A stretch of DNA of 64,000 nucleotides. Origin: an uncultured Anaerolineaceae bacterium. GTDB taxonomy: Bacteria > Chloroflexota > Limnocylindria > Limnocylindrales > CSP1-4. The DNA lies in contig CAYYVV010000007.1 of NCBI GenBank assembly GCA_964475245.1, forward strand, positions 13,847-77,846, written 5' to 3'. Both the position numbers and the translations under genes were made by a program. The first letter of the stretch is position 1. Every line of letters starts with the position of its first letter. The notes beneath the pieces are model-generated. The model was not told where the DNA came from. It saw nothing but the letters and a program-made list of their open reading frames with translations, and searched no databases. Shown here piece by piece: positions 1 to 10,032 of this stretch.

Positions 1-593
1 TCGCGCATCGCGCGAGCGGCCTTGGCCCGATGCGAGATCTGATTCTTCTCGTCCTGTGGCATCTGGCCGACGGTCCTGCCACCCGACGGTTCGAAGTCCG
101 GCTCGAAGACCGGGTCGTAGCCGAACCCGTTCTTGCCCCGCGCTTCGAAGGCAATGCGGCCTTCGAACGCACCTTCGGTCTGCTCGACCACCTGCCCATC
201 TTCGACCAGCACGAGCACGCAGCGGTAGCGCGCGCTGCGCTCGGACGGGCCGTAGAAGTCGGCCAGCTCCGTCAGCAGCTTGCGGTTGTTCTGCTCGTCG
301 GTCGCGTTCACCCCGGCGTAGCGGCGTGTCTTCACGCCGGGCCGGCCGCCCAGCACGTCGACCAGGATGCCCGAGTCGTCGGCGAGCGTGGGCAGGCCGG
401 ACTTGGCTGCGTAGTAGCGCGCCTTGATCGTCGCGTTGTCGGCGAAGGTCGCGCCGTTCTCGATCGCGTCGTCGGCGAGGTCCAGGTCGGTGAGCGAGAC
501 GAGGTCCGTGTCGTGCAGATCGAGCAGGTCGTGCAGCTCGCCGAACTTGTGGCGCGAGCCCGTCGCGATCAGCAGCCTGCGCCGCTCAGCCAA
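1..593 (-). CDS. rdgB: Non-canonical purine NTP pyrophosphatase RdgB/Ham1, partial (C-terminus runs off window start). Reverse-strand translation reads ...RLLIATGSRHKFGELHDLL...DDSGILVDVLGGRPGVKTRRYAG...
   Basis: My own reverse-complement translation of 1-600 gives a Ham1-family sequence. The + strand ORF 30..596 in the track is its antisense shadow. The classical rph-rdgB arrangement is present. The start looks like TTG near 593. Confidence 0.75.
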   Translation of the reverse strand, partial: MAERRRLLIATGSRHKFGELHDLLDLHDTDLVSLTDLDLADDAIENGATFADNATIKARYYAAKSGLPTLADDSGILVDVLGGRPGVKTRRYAGVNATDEQNNRKLLTELADFYGPSERSARYRCVLVLVEDGQVVEQTEGAFEGRIAFEARGKNGFGYDPVFEPDFEPSGGRTVGQMPQDEKNQISHRAKAARAMR

Positions 594-607
594 TGATCCA
601 GCTCCGC

Positions 608-1333
608 TCACTCCCGGCCGAGGACCTTGCGCTGGTAGCGGAAGAGCTGCTGCAGCCCGCCGTCGGCGAGCTCGAGCAGGCGGTCCATCGACGCGCGGTC
701 GAACGGCTTGCCCTCCGCGGTGCCCTGGAGCTCGACGTACGCGCCGCCGCTCGTGCCGACCACGTTGAAGTCCACCTCGGCGTGCGAATCCTCCGAGTAG
801 TCGAGGTCGAGCAGCGGCAGCGCATCGACGATGCCCACGCTCACCGCCGCGACCTGGCCGTCGAGCGCCTGTTCGACGCCCATCTTGCGCAGCGCCAGCG
901 CGAGGGCGATGTAGCCGCCGGTGATCGACGCCGTGCGCGTGCCGCCATCCGCCTGGAGCACGTCGCAGTCGACGGTCACGGTCCGGTCGCCGATCTTCGA
1001 AGTGTCAACGACGCCGCGCAGGGCGCGGCCGATGAGGCGCTGGATCTCCATCGTCCGGCCGCTCTGGCGCCCCTTGGACGCCTCGCGCTGCGTCCGCTCG
1101 CTCGTCGCCCGCGGCAGCATCGAGTATTCGGCCGTCACCCAGCCCAGGCCCTTGCCGCGCAGGTGCGGCGGCACGCGATCCTCGACCGACGCGGCGCACA
1201 GCACACGCGTATCGCCCATCTCGATCGTGCATGAGCCCTCGGCCCACTTCTGCGAATCGAGCGTGATGCGCACTGTGCGCATCTGGCCGGGCGTCCGACC
1301 ATCCGCGCGAAACCGACCACCTGCGATGCTCAC
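608..1333 (-). CDS. rph: Ribonuclease PH
   Basis: 241 aa ORF with typical RNase PH sequence ([43 protein letters not shown]). Confidence 0.9.
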   Translation of the reverse strand: MSIAGGRFRADGRTPGQMRTVRITLDSQKWAEGSCTIEMGDTRVLCAASVEDRVPPHLRGKGLGWVTAEYSMLPRATSERTQREASKGRQSGRTMEIQRLIGRALRGVVDTSKIGDRTVTVDCDVLQADGGTRTASITGGYIALALALRKMGVEQALDGQVAAVSVGIVDALPLLDLDYSEDSHAEVDFNVVGTSGGAYVELQGTAEGKPFDRASMDRLLELADGGLQQLFRYQRKVLGRE

Positions 1334-2484
1334 CGAGCCGCCACCTTTGCTTCCTTCCAGAGCTCATCGAGCTCGTCGAACGACAGGTCCCTGAGCTGTA
1401 CTTCTCGTAGCGCTGCCAACCGCTCGACGTGCGCGAAACGCGCCGCGAACTTGGCACTTGCCTGGCGCAGTGCCGCCTCAGAATCGATATCCAGCTTGCG
1501 GCCCAGGTTGACGAGCACCAGCAGCAGGTCGCCGAACTCCTCGCGCCGCTCGTCATCGTTGGTCGCGGCCGTGATCTCGGCCGATTCCTCCTCGACCTTG
1601 GCGAGCACGTCCTGCGCGCTCGGCCAGTCGTAGCCGAGGGACGCGGCACGCTCCTGCATCTCCTGCGCATAGGCGAGCGCAGGCAGAGAGCGCGACAGCC
1701 CGGCGAACGCGGCCGGCATTCCCGGCCGATCTTCTTTGGGCACCGACTCGGCGCCGCCATTCGAGCGCGCCGCGCGTTCGCCTGCCTTGATCTGCTCCCA
1801 GTTGCGGATGACCTCGGCCGCCGAATTGGCCACGGTGTCGCCGAAGACGTGGGGATGGCGGCGGACGATCTTGCTGACGACTTCGCGCTGTACGTCGCTC
1901 ATGTCGAAGACGCCATCCTCGGCCGCGTATTGGGCATGGAGCACGATCTGGAGCAGCAGGTCGCCCAGCTCCTCGGCCAGGCTGGGCGTCGAGCCCTGCT
2001 CGAGCGCGTCGTAGACCTCGTACGTCTCCTCGAGCAGGAACTTGCGCAGGCTCAGGTGGTCCTGCTCGCGGTCCCATGGGCAGCCGTCGGGCGCGCGCAG
2101 CCGGGCAACGAGCCACGGCAGCGCGTAGGGGCTGGCCAGGTTGTGCAGCGCATCGAGCGCGGGCAGGAAGTGCGTGCCGGCTGCCAGCTCGTCGTCGGTG
2201 ACCTGGCTCACCGTCGTGGGCTGGTCGTCGCCGCCCAGGCGATGAACGGGATGGTCGGCCGGATACAGCGCGCGCAGCATCGTCGCGGGCGACGCGCCGT
2301 GCGCCTGCCGGCCGGGCAGTGGCAGCAGGGCTGAGGCGCCTGGCTCGGGCACGACGATGAGCGGCATTGCCGGATCGAACGGCCGCGCCACCAGGGCAGA
2401 TTGCCCAAGCAGCTGCATGCCGTCTGCCGCGCTCACGCCGAAGCGCGCCTGCACCTCGTCGAGCAGCGCCGTCCAGGAGCTCAT
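1330..2484 (-). CDS. mazG: MazG-family nucleoside triphosphate pyrophosphohydrolase with an N-terminal YabN/tetrapyrrole-methylase-like extension
   Basis: C-terminal MazG repeats are present (EETYEVYDA..., [20 protein letters not shown]). The start was chosen at MSSWTALLD. There is a 4-nt overlap with rph. Confidence 0.75.
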   Translation of the reverse strand: MSSWTALLDEVQARFGVSAADGMQLLGQSALVARPFDPAMPLIVVPEPGASALLPLPGRQAHGASPATMLRALYPADHPVHRLGGDDQPTTVSQVTDDELAAGTHFLPALDALHNLASPYALPWLVARLRAPDGCPWDREQDHLSLRKFLLEETYEVYDALEQGSTPSLAEELGDLLLQIVLHAQYAAEDGVFDMSDVQREVVSKIVRRHPHVFGDTVANSAAEVIRNWEQIKAGERAARSNGGAESVPKEDRPGMPAAFAGLSRSLPALAYAQEMQERAASLGYDWPSAQDVLAKVEEESAEITAATNDDERREEFGDLLLVLVNLGRKLDIDSEAALRQASAKFAARFAHVERLAALREVQLRDLSFDELDELWKEAKVAAR

Positions 2485-2491
2485 TCCACAG

Positions 2492-4300
2492 CTACGGCAG
2501 CGGTGATCCCTGGTCGCCGCCACCGGTCAGGTCGTCGGCGCTGCTGCTCGCGGTCGGACTGACGATCGTGCCGTTCGCGACGGCCGCGTCCTTCTGTGGC
2601 GAGTACCAATCAGAGAATGCCGACTGACGCAGGGTCGAGATCTGGTCCGGATCGAATGGCCGCGCCTGCTTGTCCTCGACCTTGATGAAGTACTGGCCGT
2701 TGCCGAGCGTGAGCGGGTCGCTGACGCCGCCGATCGGAAGCGCCCAGACCTGATCGGCGATGTCCGAGCTGAGCTCGTCCTTGCTCAGCCAGCCGATCTC
2801 GCCGCCCTCGTTCTGCTCGGGTCCCTCGGACAGCTGCTTGGCGACGGCGTTGAAGTCGGCGCCCGGCGCGGCCAGGGCGTCCTTGACGGCCTGGATGCGC
2901 GCATCGACCGAGGCGCGCTTGTTCTCGAACATAAGGACGTAGTACGCGGCGTCGCCGCGGATGGGACCGATGATGTCGCCCTTGGTGTGTGTGCCGTTCC
3001 ACAGGGCGTCGGAGACAGCCTGGGGCGGGATGTCCTGGGTGACGTAACCGACCTCGCCGGCCTGCTGTGACGTCGGATCATCGCTGTTGCTCGTCGCCAT
3101 CGTCTGGAACTGCGTCGTGCGCTGGGTAACGTCGGTGATCGCGTTGAGCTGGTCGGCGGCCGCCTGAGCCTGGGTCTGCGCGGTGGCCCACAGGGGATCG
3201 TTCTGATCGAGAGTGGGCGCCGTGTCGAGATTGTCGCCTGGTGCGAAGACGATCTCGGCGTAGTCGACCTCACCGTTCGCCTCGGCCGTGCTCGTGTCGC
3301 CGGTCGATAGGCCATCGACGTAGATGACCGCCAGCTTGACCTGGTCGGGCGTCTGGGCGAGAGCATCGGCCGTGACCTTGTCCGAGAGGCGCTGATCGGC
3401 GATCTCGTAGCCCAGCAGCTGGCGCACCTGGTCCTCGGGGACGGCCTTGAGCAGGTCGTTCTTGAGCGACGCGTTGAGCGCGCCGGGCTGGATGTCCGTG
3501 ACACGTCCGATGCGGTACGTGCCGTCGTCGCCTGCGACGATGCCGGTCGTGCCGCCGGTGGGCAGGGCAAAGAGCTCCGTGCCGAACTCCGTGTCTGAGA
3601 TCGACAGCTGCGGAACCTCACCCATGTCGCCGCCCTGCTGCGACAGGGTGTCAGTGCCGAACTGCTTGGCGACGGTCGCCCAGTCCTGGCCGCCCTGGAC
3701 GGCGGCGAGCGCCTGGGTGATCTTGTCGAGGGCCGCCGAGCGCTCGCCGTATGTCGGACCGTTGGTCGTGTCGGCGACAGTCGGGGCCACGGCAATGACG
3801 AGCACGTGGCGCTGCTCCGCGTCAGAGATCTCCTGCTGGTAGCGCGCGTCGATGTCAGCGGCACTGACGGTGATGTTCTGGCCCTGGGCAAGCTGCGACT
3901 GGTACATCTCGTCGATCAGGTTGTCGGCGCCGTTGGTCGCGAGGTCCTGCGACTGCGTGTCGAGATCGGAGAGCTTGGTGTTGGCCGTGTCAGCGTCGAG
4001 CGTGCCCGCCACCTGGGCCTGGGTGATGCGGCTCTCGTCGCGCGAGATGCGCCACGTTTGGAGCGCGATGTCCGACTTCAGGAGCTGGGGCGAGATGTCG
4101 ACGTTGCCGACCTTGCCCACAGGCTTCAGGTTGTCGTTGTACCAGCCGATCCCGACGGCGCCGACCAGGATCAGGATGACCGCGGCGATGGTCAGGATGA
4201 ACGCGACGGTGACGGTGGCTTGCTGTCTCTCGTCGGTGTCGACCAGGTGGCCGAGGCGCGTGCGGATGCCGAGCTGAGGCCGGCGGGGGCGGACGGTCAT
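2492..4300 (-). CDS. Membrane-anchored SurA/PpiD-like chaperone with two parvulin-type PPIase domains
   Basis: An N-terminal TM helix is followed by an extracytoplasmic region carrying two parvulin-like segments (GDMGEV...FALPTGGTTG ; GEIGWLSKDEL...WALPIGGVSDP). Confidence 0.7.
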   Translation of the reverse strand: MTVRPRRPQLGIRTRLGHLVDTDERQQATVTVAFILTIAAVILILVGAVGIGWYNDNLKPVGKVGNVDISPQLLKSDIALQTWRISRDESRITQAQVAGTLDADTANTKLSDLDTQSQDLATNGADNLIDEMYQSQLAQGQNITVSAADIDARYQQEISDAEQRHVLVIAVAPTVADTTNGPTYGERSAALDKITQALAAVQGGQDWATVAKQFGTDTLSQQGGDMGEVPQLSISDTEFGTELFALPTGGTTGIVAGDDGTYRIGRVTDIQPGALNASLKNDLLKAVPEDQVRQLLGYEIADQRLSDKVTADALAQTPDQVKLAVIYVDGLSTGDTSTAEANGEVDYAEIVFAPGDNLDTAPTLDQNDPLWATAQTQAQAAADQLNAITDVTQRTTQFQTMATSNSDDPTSQQAGEVGYVTQDIPPQAVSDALWNGTHTKGDIIGPIRGDAAYYVLMFENKRASVDARIQAVKDALAAPGADFNAVAKQLSEGPEQNEGGEIGWLSKDELSSDIADQVWALPIGGVSDPLTLGNGQYFIKVEDKQARPFDPDQISTLRQSAFSDWYSPQKDAAVANGTIVSPTASSSADDLTGGGDQGSPLP

Positions 4301-5016
4301 CGGAGCCGGCGAAGGATCGCCAGCACGAGGCCGAGACCGGCCCCGAAGCCCAGCGCGGTGCGCCAGTCGATGGTGGGATGGACATCACCCTCGAACGAGC
4401 GCGAGACGAGGATGAAGGCGTTGGCCCCCTCCTCGACGGTCGCCTGGTTGGCGACGATGGCAAACGCCGTGGCGCCCGACCCAAGAGTCAGCGTCTTCGT
4501 GCGTGCGAGGGCCACCCCGCTCTGGTCGAGCGTCATCGTGTCGGAGTTGACACGTCCCGCGCCGCCCTGGGTGATGGTTACCGTCGTCGCGTCGATCGTC
4601 TGGACGCCACCCTGCTTCAGGTTGACCGTCTCGCCGTGAACGTTGGCGGGCAGCGCACCCGGCGCAGTCGGACTCTCATCGCCGAGCTCGATCGGTGCGT
4701 CGCTGTCGTCGCCGGGATCCGCCGTTTCCTTGTCCGCCGTTTCCTCGGCGGGCGCCGTGCCAACGAGGTCGGCCGCGGGCCAGTCCGTGTGGCCACCATC
4801 GTGGTGCTGGTCTTCGACCGCCGGATCGGCCGTCGCGGGTGTCGCCTCCGCGGCGTCGGTCGACGGCTCATCGTCGGCAGCCGGCTCGCTCGCGGTCATG
4901 TCGGGCTCGTGCTGGGTGTCCGCCGAGGCGGTGTCCGCCAAGGTCGGCGGCTCGTCCGCATGCTCATCCGGCAACCCGTTTTCGGGGTCCGAGCCGGGCT
5001 CTCGTTCGAAGTCCAC
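4297..5016 (-). CDS. Hypothetical protein. It has a highly acidic low-complexity N-terminus, a repetitive beta-strand-like middle, and a C-terminal TM anchor.
   Basis: 239 aa ORF with a 4-nt overlap with the SurA-like gene. The segment TVNLKQGGVQTIDATTVTITQGGAGRVNSDTMTLDQSG is repeat-like. The ORF ends ...ALGFGAGLGLVLAILRRLR. Confidence 0.5.
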   Translation of the reverse strand: MDFEREPGSDPENGLPDEHADEPPTLADTASADTQHEPDMTASEPAADDEPSTDAAEATPATADPAVEDQHHDGGHTDWPAADLVGTAPAEETADKETADPGDDSDAPIELGDESPTAPGALPANVHGETVNLKQGGVQTIDATTVTITQGGAGRVNSDTMTLDQSGVALARTKTLTLGSGATAFAIVANQATVEEGANAFILVSRSFEGDVHPTIDWRTALGFGAGLGLVLAILRRLR

Positions 5017-5113
5017 GATCTGCTCCTGAAATTCCCTGCGCGAAATGTGATCGGTCTATCTGGTTCGGGACCCCGCGGCACCGCCGCGCTCCGGCGTGCA
5101 TCGTCAGGGTCCG

Positions 5114-6426
5114 TCAGCGTAGCGCGATCCGCCCGATCACGCTGCGCACCCGGCCGCGCCGCACCGGCTCCGCGTCCGGCCTCGGCGAAGCGCGACTCGC
5201 TTCGTGCTCCGTGGCCGCCAGGTATGCCAGGCGCGTCTCGCGGGCAACGTCTGACCACGTCCGCTGTGGCGACGCGGCGCGCCGTTGAGCGTGGCTGCTC
5301 AGTTGGCTGGCGAGCGGACCCTTGGCCCACACTGCTTCGAGCGCCGCTGCCATGCGCGCCGCGTCGCGTGGCTCGACGACGATGCCGGCACTGCCGATTG
5401 TCTCGGGCAGGGCACCGGTTTTCGAGGAGACCACGGGCACGCCGACGGCCAGCGCTTCGAGCGCCGGCACGGCCGTTGCGTCGGACAGGGCCGGGTAGAC
5501 GAACGCCTGGCTGCCGGCGATGACGGCTGCCCGCTGGCGCGCCCCGGTCGTGCCGACGACCGTGATCGAGCCGCTCAGGCCGCTCACCTCGATCGCGCGC
5601 GCCAGCCTGGCGTGCTCGTCAGGAAACGCGACGTCGGGCGCCATGACCAGCGTCGGGACCTCGTCACCGCGCGTGTGCAGCAGGGAAAGGGCGCCAAACA
5701 GGGTGCGCAGGTCCTTGCGCGCGTCGTAGCGACCGGCAAAGACCATGTAGCGCGGCGGCAGCGAAAGCCGCTGCCGGTCCGCGGCAAGTCGGTCCGCGTC
5801 GCGCGCCGCCGCGGCGAAGTCGTCATCCACGGCAAGCGGCACGACTGAGATGCTCTCCTCGGGAACGTGCAGGCGGCGGCGCGCCATCTCGCCCACGGCG
5901 CGCGAACACACGATCACGCGTGCCGCGTCGCGCAGGACGCGCGCCCGAACGCGGTGGCCGAAGCGTGCTGCGGCACTTGCCGCGTATGTCTCGGGCAGCT
6001 CCCACGGCGCGAGATCGAGGATCGTGGCCACGACCGGGAGCTGTGACGCCAGGGGCACCGCTCCGCCGGCAGTGTGGAAGATCGTCTCGGCGTCGCCGCG
6101 CGCGCCGAGCTCCGCTCCACGGAGCAGGAACGAGTCGAGCGTCAGGCCGGCGGAGCGCAGAGCCCGGGTCGTTGGTGGGATGCGCCGCGATGCCGCCACG
6201 GGCAGCCCGGCCGCGGCGAGGGCCGTGGCCGGATCCGCACGCAGTGCGCGCGAGACGATGACGAACGATTCGCCCTCGAGTGGCTGTGCGGCGTACGCGC
6301 CGAGCAGCTGATCGAGGTACCAGCTGGTGAGCGGCGAGTGTTCCGGCTCCTGGAGTGGCCGGGCGTCGACCACGACGCGCACCCCGTGGCTGGCCGCAGC
6401 CGGCAGTGCCGGCGCGAGACGCATCA
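5114..6426 (-). CDS. Glycosyltransferase family 4 (GT-B fold, PimA/PimB-like)
   Basis: The C-terminal EX7E-type GT4 region is present (GSQAFVYPALSDATAVPALEALAVGVPVV). The start was chosen at MRLAPALP so that it abuts the upstream ppm gene. The track ORF extends further 5' in an overlapping frame. Confidence 0.75.
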
Positions 6427-7167
6427 GCCGCTGCGCGGCAGCTTGCCGCGCAGCTCTTCCCAGCGCAGGCGGAGCACGACTGCGAACGCCTCGACGATGA
6501 TCCCGCGCGACATCTTGCTCGCCCCTCTTTGGCGGTCGACGAAGATGATCGGAATCTCGCGGATGCGGGCACCGTTGCGCGCGGCGAGGAAGGTCGTCTC
6601 GATCGAGAAGACGTAACCGCCGGAGTGCATCCCGGCCCACGGCAACCCGGCCAGGGTGTCACGGCGCCAGGCTTTGAACGCGCCCGTCAGGTCATGCGGT
6701 GAGAGGCCCAGGACGGTGCGCGCGAAGAGCGAGCCACTGCGCGAGATCAGCTTGCGCAGCACGCCCCAGTTGCGCACGCCGCCTCCGGCAACGTAGCGCG
6801 AGCCAATCATCAGGTCGTCCTGGTCGAGGCCGCCCACCAGCGTGGCCAGGTACTTGGGATCGTGCGACCAGTCCGCGTCCATCTGCACGATTCGATCGGC
6901 GCCGGCGTCGAGGACTTCCCTGAAACCCGCGATGTACGCCTTGCCGAGTCCCTGCTTGGACGGGCGATGCATGACGCGGATGCGCGCGTCCTCGGCAGCC
7001 AGCTTGTCGGCAAGCTCGCCCGTGCCGTCGGGCGACGAGTCGTCGACCACGAGCAGCGCCGAGCCCGGCAGTGCCGCGAGGATTGCCGGGACGATCCCGG
7101 GCAGGTTCTCGACCTCGTTGTAAGTGGGCATGACGACCCACGTGCCGGAATAACGTTGAGATTCCAT
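6424..7167 (-). CDS. ppm1: Polyprenol-monophosphomannose synthase (dolichol-phosphate mannosyltransferase, GT2)
   Basis: 247 aa GT2 protein with WVVMPTYNE, DDSSPDGT and VQMDADWSHDP motifs typical of Ppm1/DPM1. Confidence 0.85.
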   Translation of the reverse strand: MESQRYSGTWVVMPTYNEVENLPGIVPAILAALPGSALLVVDDSSPDGTGELADKLAAEDARIRVMHRPSKQGLGKAYIAGFREVLDAGADRIVQMDADWSHDPKYLATLVGGLDQDDLMIGSRYVAGGGVRNWGVLRKLISRSGSLFARTVLGLSPHDLTGAFKAWRRDTLAGLPWAGMHSGGYVFSIETTFLAARNGARIREIPIIFVDRQRGASKMSRGIIVEAFAVVLRLRWEELRGKLPRSG

Positions 7168-7191
7168 CGGCCGCGAGTCTAGCGATGAAAT

Positions 7192-7225
7192 GCACTGGGC
7201 CGGCCCTGACGGGCCGGCCCAGTGC
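7192..7225 (-). terminator. Perfect 15-bp GC-rich hairpin (gcactgggccggccc / tgac / gggccggcccagtgc), 35 nt downstream of the peptidase gene stop
   Basis: Read directly. On the - strand it is followed by atttcatcgc. This is a likely intrinsic terminator of the high-GC type without a long U tract. Confidence 0.5.
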
Positions 7226-7259
7226 TCCCTGCCGTTTGGACCGAGTTGGCCCGTGCCAG

Positions 7260-9143
7260 CTAGTTGAGCTGGAAGGTGTAGTCCGTGTACTGGGCGACCG
7301 AGTTCGCGTCGGTGCCGGTCACGTGGAACGTGGCCGTGCCGGCCTGGGCGGAGGCGGTCAACTTGATCGTCACGGTGTACCCGCCACCGGCCACCTTGGT
7401 CGTGCTGTATGTCTTGGCGGCCAGGCCCGGCAGCGTCACGCGAACCTTTGGCTTGGCCAGGAGCGACTCGGCGCTGGAGATAGTGAACTTGACCTTGGTG
7501 CCGCGCACGAATGGCGCGGGTATGACTGATTGCAGGCGGAACGCGCGAGCGTCAACCGCGACACTCTGGCTGTATGTGCCAGCGTCGGTGGCCGCGGTCG
7601 TCACGCTGTAGTAGGTGCCCTGGGCGACGTAGTTGTTCGAGTCGTCCTTGCCGTCCCAGGTCCAGCTCTGCTTGCCGGCGCCCACGGATACGTCGCTCAT
7701 CTTGGTGCGCACGACGTCGTTGTTCGCGTCGACGATCGTCCAGCTCAGAGTGGCGGGCTGGTTGAGCGTGACCGACAGCGTCGTCGACTGCGCCAGGTTG
7801 TCGCCATCGGCGGCATAGAAGAGATTCGGGCTCGCGGCCGGCGAGGCCATCGTGGTCAGTACCTCGACATCGACGCTCGAGGGGCTGCCGGCGTTGCCGG
7901 CGCGGCTACTCGGCGTGCCGGTCAGCGTGTAGGTGCCGTCGGGAACGAAGTTGCCGGAGTCATCCTTGCCGTCCCAGACGGCCGTTCCCTGGCCGGAGGT
8001 TGACCAGCTCGTGAAGCTGCGCACGACGTCGTCGCTCGCGTCCTGGACCTGCCAGTTGACGAACGTTTCCTTGTTGACCGTGTAGGTCAGGGAGACCGAG
8101 TCGGTGCTGCCGTCGCCGTTGGGCGTGAACAGTGTGTCGTTGCTGCCGACGAGCTTGGCGGCGCCGTCGGTCGACGCGGACAGGTTCTTGAACGTCGGCG
8201 CCGAGGGGTCTTCAGGACCGTCGCGCCATTCGCTGGCAGTCATGGTCAGGTCGCCGGTCACCGCGCGGTAATAGCCGTCATGCGCCGGGTCCGGATCGAG
8301 GAAGTTGGTCGCGCCAGGGGTGCGCACGGAGTCGAACTTCTGGGGGTTGACGCCGACCCAGCCCCAGTACTCGCCGACGTGGCCGGTCGAACCGATATGG
8401 AAGAGATCCTCCATGGTCGGATCACTCGTCGTATCCATCATCGAGCGCAGCGTCTTGACGAAGAGCTCCTCGCCGTAGGCAAAGACGGCCTTGGCGCCCG
8501 TTGCGAGCCAGCCGCTGGCCATGTTGTCGACGCGCTGGCGGGCGAGGTCCGGGGTCGGGAAGGCCATGCCCGGCTCGCCGTTGCCGGCCGAGTAGCACAG
8601 GTGGTTGAGGAAGACGATCGCGTTCGGAGCGAGGTGTACGTACTCGCGCAGCATGTTGGCACCGTAATACGTGTATGTCCCGCTGCCGCTGCCGTCGTAG
8701 CTGTTGAGGCCCATGCCGTCTTCGCGGCTTTCAGTCAGCACGTTCGTGTACTTGCTCGGCCAGCCGTAGCCGTGGCCCATGTAGACGACGAGGTTCGCGC
8801 CCTGGATGTTGGCCAGGACGTCGGCCCAGGTGGCGTGGGGGAAGAAGACGCGGTGGACATCCATGCCGTACGACTCGGCCACATCGGCGAGCGACTCGGC
8901 ATCGGCCAGGTTGCTCTGCGTGAGCGAATTGGTGGGGCCGACGATGAACACGGCCTTGAGCTGATGCGGAGTCGGGTCGTCCTGGGCCGTCGCGGAAGTG
9001 CGCGGCGCCTGGTTCGACTCAGCGTGGACGACCGCAACGCCGATTGACGTTGTTGCCAGGAGTCCCAGGAGGGACAGGATCACCGCTGCCAGTGAGGCGC
9101 GCGCTAGGAGGCTCCGACCAACGGATAGAAAAGACAACTGCAA
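7260..9143 (-). CDS. Secreted multidomain protein: signal peptide, then a putative clan-CD (caspase/gingipain-like) cysteine-peptidase-like domain, then repeated FlgD Ig-like / PKD-like domains
   Basis: Signal peptide present. A His-Gly (LVVYMGHGYGW) and Cys (NHLCYSAGNG) dyad is spaced as in clan CD peptidases. There are two WDGKDDSGNxVxxGTY FlgD-Ig-like motifs and further Ig-like repeats. Confidence 0.65.
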   Translation of the reverse strand: MQLSFLSVGRSLLARASLAAVILSLLGLLATTSIGVAVVHAESNQAPRTSATAQDDPTPHQLKAVFIVGPTNSLTQSNLADAESLADVAESYGMDVHRVFFPHATWADVLANIQGANLVVYMGHGYGWPSKYTNVLTESREDGMGLNSYDGSGSGTYTYYGANMLREYVHLAPNAIVFLNHLCYSAGNGEPGMAFPTPDLARQRVDNMASGWLATGAKAVFAYGEELFVKTLRSMMDTTSDPTMEDLFHIGSTGHVGEYWGWVGVNPQKFDSVRTPGATNFLDPDPAHDGYYRAVTGDLTMTASEWRDGPEDPSAPTFKNLSASTDGAAKLVGSNDTLFTPNGDGSTDSVSLTYTVNKETFVNWQVQDASDDVVRSFTSWSTSGQGTAVWDGKDDSGNFVPDGTYTLTGTPSSRAGNAGSPSSVDVEVLTTMASPAASPNLFYAADGDNLAQSTTLSVTLNQPATLSWTIVDANNDVVRTKMSDVSVGAGKQSWTWDGKDDSNNYVAQGTYYSVTTAATDAGTYSQSVAVDARAFRLQSVIPAPFVRGTKVKFTISSAESLLAKPKVRVTLPGLAAKTYSTTKVAGGGYTVTIKLTASAQAGTATFHVTGTDANSVAQYTDYTFQLN

Positions 9144-9440
9144 CCCTCTTCTTCATCGCAGGCTGGGGGCACGCCACTGCTGCTCAGAGGCATGTCTGCG
9201 AGGTGCCGTCAGCGTCGCGATTGAGGGCTTTTGCTGCCATTGCAAGAAGGTCCTGCACGCAACTGGACCGATGGCAGCGGATTTGAGGCCCTGAAGAACG
9301 GTTCGCGAACGCCTTCTGCGGGCCTGCGTGCACAGGTCCAGCGGACTCCGGGTGAGGCGTGGGTGGAGCAGTGCAGTTGCCGTGACGCAACGGCCCTTCT
9401 CGAGGTACTACGTGGGTCCACCAAACGGTGCTATGCCCAG

Positions 9441-10031
9441 ATGACTCGGCCGAACCCGTGCTCCGCAGGCGCGGCGCGCTCCCGCTACTCTGGCCGCGTG
9501 TCCGACGCCTTGAATCAGCCGGGAGCGGCCGCGCCGCCGCCCCTGCCTGCATCGTCGCCGTCCGCCTCTCCGCGACGATCCTCGGGCGGCCTGGCCGGTT
9601 GGGTCATTGCCGTGATCGTCGTCCTGATCCTGGCCGTGGCCGGCGGCCTGTTCACGGCATGGGTCGTGGCCAACATGCGCGCCGTGCCCGCGCCGGTGGC
9701 GTTCGCCTCGCCGACGCCCGTGCCCAATGCCAGCAGCTGCCTCGGCTGCGCGACGCCCTCAGCTCCGGCCGCGAGCTCGACACCAGGGCCGCGTTTCACG
9801 CCGACGCCCGCGCCGACCGTCGAGCTCACGCCGCCGCCCTTCACCTACACCGTGGGCCCGGGCGACAAGCTGGTCAACATCGCCGCCATGTTCCAGGTCG
9901 ATGTCCAGGACGTCATCGACCTCAACAACATCTCGAACCCGAACAAGATCTTTGTCGGCGAAGAGTTGCTGATTCCGGGTTACGGCGTCCAGCCAACACC
10001 AAAGCCGCACAAGACACCCAAGCCGCAGTAG
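9441..10031 (+). CDS. LysM-domain membrane protein: short cytoplasmic tail, one TM helix, Pro/Thr-rich linker, C-terminal LysM
   Basis: TM helix GLAGWVIAVIVVLILAVAGGLF. C-terminal LysM YTVGPGDKLVNIAAMFQVDVQDVIDLNNISNPNKIFVGEELLIP. The start is uncertain: alternatives are TTG 9231 and GTG 9498. Confidence 0.65.
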   Translation: MTRPNPCSAGAARSRYSGRVSDALNQPGAAAPPPLPASSPSASPRRSSGGLAGWVIAVIVVLILAVAGGLFTAWVVANMRAVPAPVAFASPTPVPNASSCLGCATPSAPAASSTPGPRFTPTPAPTVELTPPPFTYTVGPGDKLVNIAAMFQVDVQDVIDLNNISNPNKIFVGEELLIPGYGVQPTPKPHKTPKPQ

Positions 10032-10032
10032 C

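Noticed and set aside
30-596. 188-aa + strand ORF at window start
   Set aside because: It is the antisense shadow of rdgB (Ham1) on the - strand. Only the reverse-strand translation gives a recognisable protein.
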